The notes under the pieces: model-generated
The model's database searches: none
Seen by the model: only the letters and a program-made list of their open reading frames with translations
What the model was told of the DNA's origin: nothing
In this document: positions 36,168 through 48,295 of the stretch, piece by piece
Numbering within the stretch: position 1 is the first letter of the stretch
Layout of the letters: every line of letters starts with the position of its first letter
Position numbers and translations under genes: made by a program
Assembly (NCBI RefSeq): GCF_018350175.1
Contig: NC_058372.1
Location: 151,528,001 to 151,592,000, forward strand
Length of the DNA: 64,000 nucleotides
Origin: Felis catus
Lineage: Eukaryota
Direction: 5' to 3'

Positions 36168-38097
36168 ATAAAACAAAAACGAAAGGAGTTCATGAACACT
36201 ACAGCAGCCCTGCAAGAGATATTACAGGGGACTATGAATGGAGAGGAGAGACCAAAAGTGAGGTAGGAAACACAAAGTGAAGGTAGGAAACACAAATTCA
36301 GTAAAAATGAATATTTCTGTAAAAAATCAGTCAAGGAACTCACAGAATAAAAGAATAAAAAATACGACACCATATACCTAAAAAGTGGGAGGAGAGGTGG
36401 AAAGAAAGAGTTAAAATGTAAATGGCCATCAACTTAATATAGATTGCTATATGTGCAAGATGTTATATACAAACCTAATGGTAACCATATTTCAGAACCA
36501 CTAATAAATATGCAAAGAATAAAGAGAAAGAAATCCAAATACATCATTAAAGACAGTCAGCAAACCAAGAAAGAATCAGAGAAAATCTTCAGAAACAACC
36601 CAACACAAATAATGAAATGACAATAAATACACATCTATCAATAATTATTTTGAATGTAAATGGACTAAAAACCCCAATCAAAAGACACAGGGTGACAGAA
36701 TGGATTTAAAAAACAAGACCCAACTATATGCTGTCTACAAGAGACTCATTTTAGATCTAAAGGCACCTACAGATTGAAAGTTAAGGGATGGAGAAACACC
36801 TATCATGCAAAAAGATGTCAAAAGAAATTCAATATAGCAATACTCACACTGTACAAAGTAAACTTTAAAACAAAGACTGTAACAAGGACAAAGAAAGACA
36901 CTTTTATAATAATAAAAGGGACAATCAAACCAGAATATGTAACAATTGTAAATATTGATTCACCCAACATTAAAGCACCCAGATATATAAAACAGTTAAC
37001 AACAAAATAAAGGAAATAATTGACTATAACACAATAATAGGGGACTTTAACACCCCACTTACATCGATGGACAGATCATCTAAACAGAAAATCAACAAGG
37101 AAACGATGGCTCTGAATGACACACTAGAACAGATGGGCTTTACAGACATACCTGAAACATTGCATCCTAAAACTGCAGAATACATGTTGTTTTCAAGTTC
37201 ACATGAAACATTCTCCAGAATAGGTCACATAGTAGGCCACAAAACAAGCCTTGACAAATTCAAGAGCAAAGTCATACCATGCAACTTTTCTGACCATAAC
37301 ACTATGAAACTAGACAGTAACAAAAAAAAAAAAATCTGAAAAAAACCCACAAATACACAGAATTAAATACCATGCTACTAAACGTTCAATGCATCAACCA
37401 GGAAATAAAAGAAGAAATAAAAAAGGATATGGAAACAAGTGAAAATGAAAATGAAAACGCAGTGGTCCACACCTTTGGGAAGCAGCCAAAGCAGTCCTAA
37501 AAGGGAAGTTTATAGTTTACAGGCCTAACTGAAGAAGCAAGAAAAATCTCAAATAAGCAATCTAATCTTATACCTAAAGGATCTAGAAAAAGAACAGCAA
37601 GCAAAACATAAAACCAACAGAAAGAAGAAAACAATAAATATTAGAGTGGAATAAAGATATAGAAACTAAAAACAAAAGAAAAAACAAAACAAAACAAAGA
37701 AACAATAGAACAGATCAATGAAAGCAGGAGCTGGTTCTTTGAAAAAAGCCAGTAAAATTGATAAACCTGTAGCCAGACTTATCAAGAAAAAAAAAGAAAA
37801 GACTCAAATAAGTAATATCATAAATGAGTGAGGCGGGGGGACCAGCACCACAGAAATACAAACACTTAGAATACTATGAAAAATAAATGCCAACAAGTTG
37901 GACAACTAGGAAGAAATGGATAAATTGTTAGAAACCTATAAACTACCAAAACTGAAACAGGAAGAAATAGAAAACTTGAACAGACTGATCACCAGCAAAG
38001 AAATTGAATGAGTAATCAAAAAACTCTCAACAAACAAAGTCCAGGACCAGAAGGCTTCAACAGGTGACTTCTACCAAACATTTAAAGAAGAGTTGAT

Positions 38098-38199
38098 GGG
38101 GCGCCTGTGTGGCTCAGTAGGTTACACATCTGACTCTTGATATGTTGTGTGTTCTCTCTCTCTCTCTCCAAAATAAATAAATAAACTAATTAAGTAAGT
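38098..38199 (+). mobile_element. Internally deleted CanSINE
   Basis: Head up to 'gactcttgat' joined to (CT)n and tail. Imperfect TSD aag(a/t)agagtt(g/a)at at 38085-38097 and 38200-38212. Confidence 0.85.
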
Positions 38200-38406
38200 A
38201 AGTAGAGTTAATACNNNNNNNNNNNNNNNNNNNNNNNNNNNNNNNNNNNNNNNNNNNNNNNNNNNNNNNNNNNNNNNNNNNNNNNNNNNNNNNNNNNNNN
38301 NNNNNNNNNNNNNNNNNNNNNNNNNNNNNNNNNNNNNNNNNNNNNNNNNNNNNNNNTATCCTGATAAACATAGATGCAAAAATCCTTAACAAAATACTAG
38401 CAAACT

Positions 38407-38620
38407 GGGGCACCTGGGTGGCTCAGTCAGTTAAATGGCAGGCTCAGGTCACAATCTCACGGTTTGTGGGTTCAAACTCCGTATTGGGCTCTGCACTGAC
38501 AATGCACAGCCTGCTTGGAATTCTCAATCTCTCTCTCTCTCTCTGCCCGGCCCACTTGTGTGTGCACTCTCTTACACACTCTCTCTCTCAAAATAAATAA
38601 ATAAACTTAAAAAAACAACA
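38407..38620 (+). mobile_element. CanSINE, older subfamily
   Basis: ggggcacctgggtggctcagtcagtt head, (CT)n and aaataaataaataaac tail. Confidence 0.93.
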
Positions 38621-38994
38621 ACAACTAGGAAACCAAACCCAACAACACATTTTTAAAAAATCATTCACCATGATCAAGTGGAATTTATTCCTGGGATGCA
38701 AGAGTGGTTCAAAATTCACAAATCAATCATTGTGATACACCACATCAATAAGAGAAAGGATAAGAACCATATAATCACTTCAATAGATGCAGAAAAAGCA
38801 TCTGGCAAAGTACAAGGTCCATTCATGATAAAAATCCTCAACAAAGTAAGGTTAGAGGAAACATACAAAGAATATCTAATGGGAAAAAGGACAGTCTCTT
38901 CAACAAATGGTGTTGGGAGAACTGGACAGCTACATGCAAAAGAATGAACCTGGACCACTTTCTTTCACCATACACAAAAATAAATTCAAAATGG

Positions 38995-39164
38995 GTTAAA
39001 TGGGTGATGGGTGTTAAGGAGGGCACTACTGTTGATGAGCACTGGATGTCATGTGTAAGTGATGAATCACTGAATTCTACTCCTGAAATTAACACTACAC
39101 TGTATGTTAAGTAACTGGAATTTAAATAAAAACTTGAAAAAAAATTAATTAAAAAATAAAAAAT
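38995..39164 (+). mobile_element. Short 5'-truncated L1 3' end nested in L1 ORF2
   Basis: Carnivore L1 3'UTR 'gatgagcactggatg...gatgaatcactgaattctactcctgaaa' plus A-rich tail. Perfect 16-bp TSD aataaattcaaaatgg at 38979-38994 and 39165-39180. Confidence 0.93.
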
Positions 39165-39617
39165 AATAAATTCAAAATGGATTAAAGACCTAAAGGTGAG
39201 ACCTGAAACCATAAAACTCCTTGAAGAAAGCACAGGCAGTAAGGTCTCTGACATTGGCCACAGCTACTTCTTACTACATCTGTCTCTGGATGCAAGGGAA
39301 ACAAAAGCAAAAATAGACTATTGGGANNNNNNNNNNNNNNNNNNNNNNNNNNNNNNNNNNNNNNNNNNNNNNNNNNNNNNNNNNNNNNNNNNNNNNNNNN
39401 NNNNNNNNNNNNNNNNNNNNNNNNNNNNNNNNNNNNNNNNNNNNNNNNNNNNNNNNNNNNNNNNNNNNNNNNNNNNNNNNNNNNNNNNNNNNNNNNNNNN
39501 NNNNNNNNNNNNNNNNNNNNNNNNNNNNNNNNNNNNNNNNNNNAGCAGATGGCCAACAGACACATGAAAAGATGCTCGACATCACTCATCATCAGGGAAA
39601 CGCAAAAACTACAGAGA

Positions 39618-41421
39618 NNNNNNNNNNNNNNNNNNNNNNNNNNNNNNNNNNNNNNNNNNNNNNNNNNNNNNNNNNNNNNNNNNNNNNNNNNNNNNNNNNN
39701 NNNNNNNNNNNNNNNNNNNNNNNNNNNNNNNNNNNNNNNNNNNNNNNNNNNNNNNNNNNNACAAATATAGGTAAAATGTTAATACTACCCAAAGCAATCT
39801 ACACATTCATTGCAATCCCTATCAAAATAATGCCAGCATTCTTCAGAGAGCTAGAACAAACAATCTTAAAATTTGTATGGAATCAGAAAAGACCCCGAAT
39901 AGCCAAAGCAATCTTGAAAAAGAAAATCAAAGCAGGAGGCATCACAATCCCAGACTTCAAGCTGTATTACAAAGCTGTAATCATCGAGACAGTATGGTAC
40001 TGGCACAAAACACTCAGATCAATGGAACAGAATAGGGAACCCAGAAATGGACCCACAAACGTATGGCCAACTAACCTTTGACAAAGCAGGAAAGAATATC
40101 CAATGGAATAAAGACAGTCTCTTCAGCAAATGGTGCTGGGAAAACTGGACAGAGACAAGCAGGAAAATGAACCTGGACCACTTGCTTATACCATACATAA
40201 AAATAAACTCAAAATGGATGACAGACCTAAATGTAAGACAGGAAACCATCAAAATCCTAGAGGAGAAAGCAAGCAAAAACTTCTTTGATCTTGGCCGCAG
40301 CAACTTCTTACTCAACATGTCTCCGGAGGCAAGGGAAACTAAAGCAAAAATGAACTACTGGGACCTTATCAAAATCAAAAGCTTCTGCACAGCAAAGGAG
40401 ACAATCAGCAAAACTAAAAGGCAACCGACAGAATGGGAGATATTTGCAAATGACATATCAGATAAAGGACTAGTATCCAAAATCTACAAAGAACTTAATC
40501 AAACTCAACACCCAAAAAACAAATAATCCAGTGAAGAAATGGGNNNNNNNNNNNNNNNNNNNNNNNNNNNNNNNNNNNNNNNNNNNNNNNNNNNNNNNNN
40601 NNNNNNNNNNNNNNNNNNNNNNNNNNNNNNNNNNNNNNNNNNNNNNNNNNNNNNNNNNNNNNNNNNNNNNNNNNNNNNNNNNNNNNNNNNNNNNNNNNNN
40701 NNNNNNNNNNNNNNNNNNNNNNNNNNNNNNNNNNNNNNNNNNNNNNNNNNNNNNCTGGTGGGAATGCAAGCTGGTGCAGCCGCTCTGGAAAACAGTGTGG
40801 AGGTTCCTCAAAAAACTAAAAATAGAACTACCCTATGACCCAGCAATGGCACTACTAGGCATTTATCCACGGGGTACAGGTGTGCTGTTTCGAAGGGACA
40901 CATGCACCCCCATGTTTATAGCAGCACTACCAACAACAGCCAAAGTATGGAAAGAGCCCAAATGTCCATCTATGGATGAATGGATATGGATGAATGGATA
41001 ATGAGTGGTCTATATATACAATGGGGTATTACTCGGCAATCAAAAGCAATGAAATCTTGCCATTTGCAACTACGTGGATGGAACCAGAGGGTATTATGCT
41101 AAGCGAAATTAGTCAGAAAAAGACAAATATCATTTGACTTCACTCAAATGAGGACTTTAAGGTACAATGCAGATGAACATAAGGGAAGGGAAGGAAAAAT
41201 AATATAAAAACAGGGAAGGGGACAAAACATGAGACTCTTAAATATGGAGAACAAACAGAGGGTTACTGGAGGGGTTGTGGGAGAGGTGCTGGGTTAAATG
41301 GGTAAGGGGCATTAAGGAATCTACTCCGAAATCACCATTGCACTATATGCTAACTAACTTGGGTGTGAATTTTTTAAATTAGTTAATTGATAATTAATTA
41401 TTAATTATCAATTAATTAATT
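39618..41421 (+). mobile_element. Younger 5'-truncated L1 nested in L1 ORF2
   Basis: ORF2 C-terminal peptides '[15 protein letters not shown]' and '[12 protein letters not shown]', followed by a 3'UTR. TSD aaaaactacagaga at 39604-39617 and 41422-41435. Confidence 0.92.
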
Positions 41422-41426
41422 AAAAA
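41372..41426. repeat. AT-rich palindrome (55 bp, 2 mismatched pairs)
   Basis: Perfect core ttaattgataattaa-tta-ttaattatcaattaa (41383-41415). Confidence 0.9.
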
Positions 41427-42132
41427 CTACAGAGAGACATTACCTCACACCCGTCAGAATGGCTACGATCAACAACACAAGAAACAACAGGTATTGTCAA
41501 GGATGTGGAACAAAAGGAATCCTTGTGCACTGTTGGTGGGAATGCACACTGATGTAGCCCCCGTGGACAACAGCACGGGGGCTCCTCAAAAAATTCAAAA
41601 TAGAACTAGCCTATGATCCAGTAATTGCACTACTGGGTATTTACCCAAAGAACACAAAACACTAATTCAAAGAGATACATGCCCTTGGATGTTTATAGCA
41701 GCTTTATCTGCAATAGCCAAATTGGGGAAACAGCCCAGTGTCCATCAGTCGCTGAATGGACGAGGAAGACGGGGTACACACGTGCAATGGAGTATTACTC
41801 AGCCATAAAAGAGAATGAAATGTTGCCACTTGCGGTGACATGGATAAGGCTAGAATGTACTGTGCTCAGTGGAGTAAGAGAGAGACAAATAGCACAGGAT
41901 TTCACTCATATATGGAATTTAAGAAACAAAACAAATGAGCAAAGGGAAAAGAGAGAGAGGGAGGCAAACCAAGAAACAGACTCGAACACGGTCATGGTCA
42001 CCAGAGGGGACGTGGGTGGGAAGATGGGGGAAACAGAGGTGGGGGTTAGGGGGCGCTGTCAGGAAGAGTGCTGGGTGATGCGTGGAGATGCCGAATCACT
42101 GAGACGAATAAAACACTGCAGGTTAAAAAAAA

Positions 42133-42865
42133 TAAAGTCTTTGTCCAGTATATCTGCCATTACTTCTTTTCTCAGGGACACTTGTCGCTGACTTTTTTTT
42201 CCTTTGAATGGTCCTTTCCTGTTTCTTTGTATGCTTTTAGATTTTTTTTTTTTTTTTTGAGCATAGGACATTTGAATTTAATAATGTGCTAACTCTGGAT
42301 ATCAGATTCCGCCCCTTCCCCAGAGTTTGTTCTTTGTTTTTGTCTGTTTTTGTTTTGTTTTTTGTACGCTGTCTCTGTGCTGAGGCATGGACTTAATGTC
42401 GTCCTCTGACACTGTGACTGGTTCCTTGCTGAGCCTTTCCCTGGGCACGCGTGGGGACTGTCTATTCTTTCCCCATGTATGCACTTGTTCAGTGTCCTGA
42501 CCTTTAATGTCAGGCTTCCACAAGAGGAAGAAGCAAAAAATGGAGGGAACGGGAGCTGGAACTTTACATGCCCTTGTGAATTTAGCCGGAGAGAGATGGG
42601 CTTGCGGAGGACAGAGTCCTCTGCTCTTACTTGGACTCCCACGGCCTGTGGGAGCACGCGACAGCCGTCTGCCAGGGGGCCGAGGTTGAGGGACGGAGAG
42701 CGGAAACTGGCCAAATTAACCACAATTTACTGCCCATGACCCCCCGCCGCAAGCCTCTTCCAGCCTCCCAAGCTCCAAGACAGTTGTGTCCAAAGGGTCC
42801 TGCCAGCGCGAATGTCATCCAGGCGGGGAGCTGGAGCCCTGCTGTCCTACTGCACATCTTCCCCG
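42133..42865 (-). mobile_element. Ancient L1MB-type element, right part (ORF1 start and 5'UTR)
   Basis: Resumes the antisense sequence interrupted at 36167. 'aaattaaccacaatttact', 'ctgccagcgcgaatgtcatccagg' and terminal 'cctactgcacatcttcccc' resemble the L1M 5' end. Confidence 0.75.
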
Positions 42866-44679
42866 AATCCCCTGAAAACACATTCTTGTAATGAGACGAC
42901 GCCTATTCATATACACAACTAGAATTCTTAGAAACGTCTTTTATATCCATTCTTTTATGGAGAGTGTTAAATGCAGCATGGTGAGGGGAGGGCGTTCTTT
43001 CACTGAAACAACCATTTGGAGGCAATAACATTCTATGACTCTTAGAAAAATACTTTACTGTTGCTGCTTAATAGGTATACATTTCTTAAATTATAAGAAA
43101 ACCATGAACAGCTGTGTATTGATAAATTTTAAACCTCATTAAACTCATAGTATTTTATCAGCATAGATTGTTGAAATTACATCGAGATAAAATAGAAAAC
43201 TAAATAAAGCTGTAAACGTTAAAACTGAGTAGAAATTCAATCAAAAGTCTTTATTCATCAGAAGTCTCCACAACTTTTATCATCTCCCTGTTTTCAGCTA
43301 GAAAATTAGGCACATCAGTGGAAGCCAAGGAAGGTGACATCCTCTTTTGTAAATTCTCCCATTGCACAGCATTTAACTGGTGGCCCCAGCTCTCCTTCCC
43401 ACCCTGACCGCAGCCAGACGTCCCCGCGTGAGCCACCGCAAACACCAGACGAGGGTGTCACGACCCGCTCACACAAGGCGGCCACTGCGCTGATAATCCA
43501 GCTGCATTTCTGCAAACTTGGAGAAAGTTTTGCTTTCCGGGTTTCGCTGCCCAGAAAGTAACTGCTCTGTTCTCCTGGCATCCGCACCCCAGAAGGCAAA
43601 CCGGGGAACAGACGTCAGCTCCCAGCTGCCGACGCAGGACCGCACTAGGGCAGAACCTGAGTGACCGGACTCCAGCTCAGAGAGTCGCCTGCAGGGCTCC
43701 CGCAGGCCATGCCGTGGAGTCACAGGCGCACAGACGGCGGGCAGGACCCACGCGGTGCTGAACACACGCCTGGCATGGATGGGAATGTTCCTTCACAACA
43801 TTGCACTAGACTCTAAGGTCACGTGTACTCAACGTGACCGTTAACAACGGTATCGACCAAAGGACAGAAGAGCCCAAGATCCAGTTCATGCAGAGTGACA
43901 TCAACCCCAAGGAAGAGCTGGTCAGGCTGTGCAGCCGGTGCAGAGGTCACCAACACAGTGGCAGTCAGCCGCCCTCCTGCAGCTGCTGGGGGTGGGGAGG
44001 GCCACACCTGGATTCGTGCAGAGCCTTCGGGGCATGGGGAGTCCAGGCCAGCGTCCCCCCGCCCAGTGCCTGTCCCGGCACAGCCTGGGCCACCCCACAA
44101 CACCCTGACCTTCCGGCACCCTCCCCCGTGCCGCAGACGCCTGTGGCACCTGGTGCAGAGGGCTGAGCCCCTCCCCTCCCAGAGGTGCCCTTCGCCGTCT
44201 CTCCCTGCCCCCTGTGATCCCGCCCCAGCACGCCCCGGCCCTCTTTGACATGTGCACGCTTCCCCAAACATCTTCACCGAACACCGGAAGGTTGCCCGTC
44301 CCCTGCAGTGCCCAGAGGTGTGGCGGGTCCTCCGTCTGTGCCTGCCAGGAGCCTGCGGTCTCAACTCAGAAGGGCCCCGTGTCCCACCCCGGGAGCCTCT
44401 TCGCCTGCAGACAGGCCCCGGACAGACGGTGCCGGGGCTGTCTCCCAAACAGTCTTCTCAGAAAATGAAATTGGGAGGGACGGCTTCAACCGTGTCTTTC
44501 CACCAGCTCCCAGATGGAGCCACTAGGCACACGAGACTGTTCAGATTTGAATTCATTAAAATTAACTAAGACGAAAGATGAGCTCCTCTTCCTCGGCAGC
44601 AACATCTCCAGCGCCGCGTCACGTGCAGCTGGCAGCTCCCGCGTGGGACAGCCCAGAACACCTTCTGCTGGACAGAGCT

Positions 44680-45085
44680 GGTGGCGGCCTCCCTCGTCCA
44701 CGCTTCCGGTCAGCCGCGGCCTGGAGACGGAGGGCCTTCTGACGCGTGGCGCGGAGGTAAGCGATGGCCCCGGCTGCGTCACACGCCTGTGTCCCTCCCT
44801 CCTCCGTGTCACCAGCTGCACGTCTCACTGGGCATCGTCACCAGAGAAGGGGCAGGCACCAGCGCCAAGACATTTGACAGAGAGAAACCACATTCCCGTA
44901 ACTGTTGTCACAGGGTGTTGCTATGATTCTGTGCTATTTTCAGCTATTGTCGTTAATTTCTTGCAGTGCCTAACTTATAACTAACTTTATCACAGGTGTG
45001 CATGCACAGGAACAGCGCTCCAGAGTTTCAGGGTCCACGGGGGGGTCTCGGGCGGTGCCCTATGTGGATGAACGGGGCTCCTGTA
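44680..45085 (+). mobile_element. MER44/Tigger7-type DNA transposon, GC-shifted
   Basis: 'ccttctgacg', 'gagagaaaccacattc', 'gtgcctaacttataactaactttatcacagg' and a right terminal-inverted-repeat-like 'ggggctcctg' followed by TA. Confidence 0.7.
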
Positions 45086-45832
45086 CCGCGGAGGGAGACC
45101 AGCCTCAGGTGTGAGCACACAGAAGACACAGATGGGGACACTACCGAGGCCTCAGCCCCTTACGCGCGAACACAGTCACCCAGGTGTGTCCGTGCACATG
45201 TGTATACAGAAGAAGCACACACCTCTCACACACCTAACCCTCATCACAGCTTAGAAACCCTCTTCAATACCCCCACAGAACGTGAATCGGCGTTTCTGTC
45301 TACCCGTAGCTGTAACCGGGCAAAGCCCAGGCAAGCGTCCCCCACACCTCCTCCTCAGGGGCAAGGGGCTTCTCGCGGTTTGCGGGCTGGAGGGGGGGGG
45401 TCAAGAGCCCTACCTGGGGAAGCCAGAGGGTCCCCGACAGGACCGCAGCTCCGGGCGTGGTCGGAGCAGACCCCGCCAGCCGGCAGGGGGTGTCCACGGC
45501 AGCAGCTGTCCCTTCAAGTTCAGAGACGTGCAGAAAACACCCCAGAGTGGCCGGCATCCATGCGGTCGGTCGTGTTCCTAGGTATAATCTTACATCTAAA
45601 ATGCCAGTGGTTTTTAACAACTACCATCTTTCTATTGTCAAAACTCCCCTTAGAACTGATCCAGCAGCGAGAGCAGGAACTGTTTTTGTCTCCCGCTCAT
45701 TTTTTTAAGACTTGCTTCTTGCACGATGTTTAGGGTTCACCACCCGGCAGATCCAACCCTGGAGCCTGTCTGGCGTCCACAGACCTCAAGGTGAAGCTGC
45801 AGGGAACCAGCCCGAAGCTCATGCACAGTCTC

Positions 45833-46135
45833 TGTGAGTGTGTGTGGGTGTGCACACTAGTGAGCATGGGTGAGTGTGCACACGCGAGCAGGCACGTGGG
45901 TGTGCACGCGAGCACACGTATGAGTGCATGTGTGAGCAGGTGTGTGTGTGAGTACACTGTGAACAGGTGTGTGAGTGAACAGGCGAGCAGGTGTGCGCAC
46001 AGGTGGACAGGTATGAGTGCATGTGAGCGGGCGTGTGAGCCTGGGCAGGTGTGCGTGTGTGTGTGAGTGGGTGTGTGAGCCCACGGGTGAGCGTGTGTGC
46101 AGGAGAGTGCCCGTGTGTGGGCAGGTGTGCACATG
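45833..46135 (+). repeat. Degenerate (TG)n-rich low-complexity repeat
   Basis: Recurring gtgtg, gtgag and gcaggtgtg; long purine-pyrimidine alternation. Confidence 0.9.
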
Positions 46136-48134
46136 TTCTGTCTACACAGAGGCCGGGTTGCACCCTTCGGGCCGTTCCTCTCTCCCTCGGCTGGCAAGCA
46201 GATTGTTCCTTCTGGCCTGTGGTCTGGGCTCCGCATCTGTCCCTCCCGCGGTGCCCCTGCTGGTGGCTGTGCGGCCGGGCCGGAGCCAGGGAGAAGGTGA
46301 GGGCTGCATCGTCCGGCGTGCACGGCCCAGCACGACTGGCAGATGGCACTTCTCACGGATGTTTAACTCTGGAGCTAAGCTGATGGGACCAGAGCCGGTG
46401 TGACGACAGCCCTCCGAGCATGGCTTCCGGTTCCCAGGCTGGAAGGAAGCCCCCGCTCTGTCGGCACACGCGGGCCTGCAGGCTTGCCCAGCACACGGGA
46501 GGCAGGTGGGGGGCCAGCTGCCTGCAGAGTCTCAGAGGCCCAGGTTTGGGGCCGCAGGACGCAGTGTCCTGAAGAGGCCACAGGAGCAAGGCAGGAGCAC
46601 ATCCCGTCGAGCCCAGGCCACGGCGGAGCAGGTGCGTCACACGGCACGGTGCCGTGCGCTGGCTCTGGCACGCTGAGGGCAGCAAACCCAACTTCCGAAA
46701 AGGAGAGTGAAGCAGGGTGACACGAAGGCCCTCTGAGCTGTGAGCGTCCACTAGCGGAGTCAGGACCGGTGGCCCAGCAGCTCTGAGACACACATGTCCA
46801 GGATTAACAGGCACAAGTCACTGCCTACTCACTTGGCATTCTGGGTGGCCCGGCTCTCTGCTCACGGGACAAGTTGGCAAGAAAGCCCCGTCCTGGGGAC
46901 GGGGGCTCTTCCAGGAGAGTCTGGGGATTGGGAGACGGACCCTGGCTGACCCCAAGTGCATCCCTGTGGCTGGGTGTCCCCCTGAGGCTCAGGAGACGTT
47001 CCTGCATAGGTTCAGGGAGCCCCGCAGGCCTCGGACTCTACAAGGGAGGCTCCTGGTTTCCTTCCCAGGCCCCGTTCTCCAGTTGCATCCGGTGGCCTCC
47101 CTTTCTTGTATCAGGGGCAGGGGCCAGGTTCAGCTTTCTCCTGCACATTCCATCCCAAGTGGTTCCTAATCCACATGCCAGTCCCCGGTGACAGATCTGG
47201 TTCGCCACGTCTGTAACAGGAGCTCAGTTGTTGCTGCCATCGGAATCAAACAGATCACTTTTTCCAGAGAATACTGGGCCACACTGAAAACAAAGTAAAA
47301 GAAACCCACAATCGAGCCCCCACCCAGTGTGACATATCATCCTCCATTTAGGTTTCCTTTGGCTTTTGTTCACGGTAGGAATGTGGAAACATTGAAATTC
47401 GGTCTCTCCCCTGGAGACATGGGATTTCGTTAATGTTTGGGAAAAATTGAGGCTGAACGTGGGGCAGCCCCAGTGACAGGACACACAAGACATCCGATCT
47501 CCTGTCTGGGCGAACGCAGACCCAAACGGTGCCCGTCAGGCCCCAATGGTGGCCATGACGCCAGGTCGTTGGCCCCTACACGCACCTCACAGGGTTGTGG
47601 GTATGGACAGAGCACCCACACCTGTGCAAGGGTCTTTGCCGCTGTGGCGGCAGTAACACCATATGTAGATTGAGCAGAGCGGACAGTACAGTCGAGCCAT
47701 CATCCCTGAGTGTGGTCCTTATTCGAGGATTTGCCGTGTCCCTCCCTCGGAGTGTGATCTCTGCACATGTCTGTGCTGTGCTTAAGGGCAGATTCGTGTA
47801 CTTTAAGGATCAACCCTATGGAAGACAGAGTAAGAGCTGCTTGTGAAAAGTGAGAAGCTTAACCAGGAAATGTGCCAAATGTGTGCCCCCCCGTCTCTCG
47901 GGGACATGGAGAGGTGCCGGGTGCCCTGCAGGAGAGCAGAGACGCTGCTGAGCAGGGTTTGTGAAGGCAGTCGGAGCACAGCTGGAACAAGGGAGGCCCA
48001 GCTCAGCCCAGGCACCTGTCTTGCCATCACTTTCCTCCCGGCTTGTCATGATCTTAATTCTACCAGGAGTCTCTGGGCCAGAAAGTGATTTTAACTAAAA
48101 TATCCTCACTCCCCCAAATCTCGAGGCCGTGTGG

Positions 48135-48295
48135 ATGTGAATCTAAAATCTGCCACACATACCAGCTGGGTGACCTGAATTGGTTTAAACTCTCTGGGCC
48201 TTCTTCAAAATGGATATATTAATAGCGTTTTCCTCGCAAAGACCAAATGAGCCGATGTCTGCAACGTGCCTGAAAGGGTACCCGTGAAGCAAACA
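48135..48295 (+). mobile_element. MIR SINE fragment
   Basis: 'ctgccac...ccagctgggtgacct...aactctctgggcct...aaaatgga...aaatgag' follows the MIR core. Confidence 0.6.

Larger units (their letters stand above)
36168..42132 (+). mobile_element. Carnivore L1 (end of ORF1, degenerate ORF2, 3'UTR) inserted into the antisense L1MB; hosts two SINEs and two further L1s
   Basis: Endonuclease motifs (LNVNGL, CCLQETH, GDFNTPL, FSDHN) and RT motif 'FIPGMQEWF...SIDAEKA'. TSD taaagtctttgt at 36156-36167 and 42133-42144. Confidence 0.92.

Noticed and set aside
39572-41001. ORF2-like ORFs of 149-169 aa
   Set aside because: Frameshifted fragments of a 5'-truncated L1, partly spanning N-runs; not a functional gene.
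43834-43940. Protein-looking stretch NNGIDQRTEEPKIQFMQSDINPKEELVRL
   Set aside because: No family that I recognise and no clear splice acceptor/donor pair. A tBLASTn or PhyloCSF hit would be needed to revive it.
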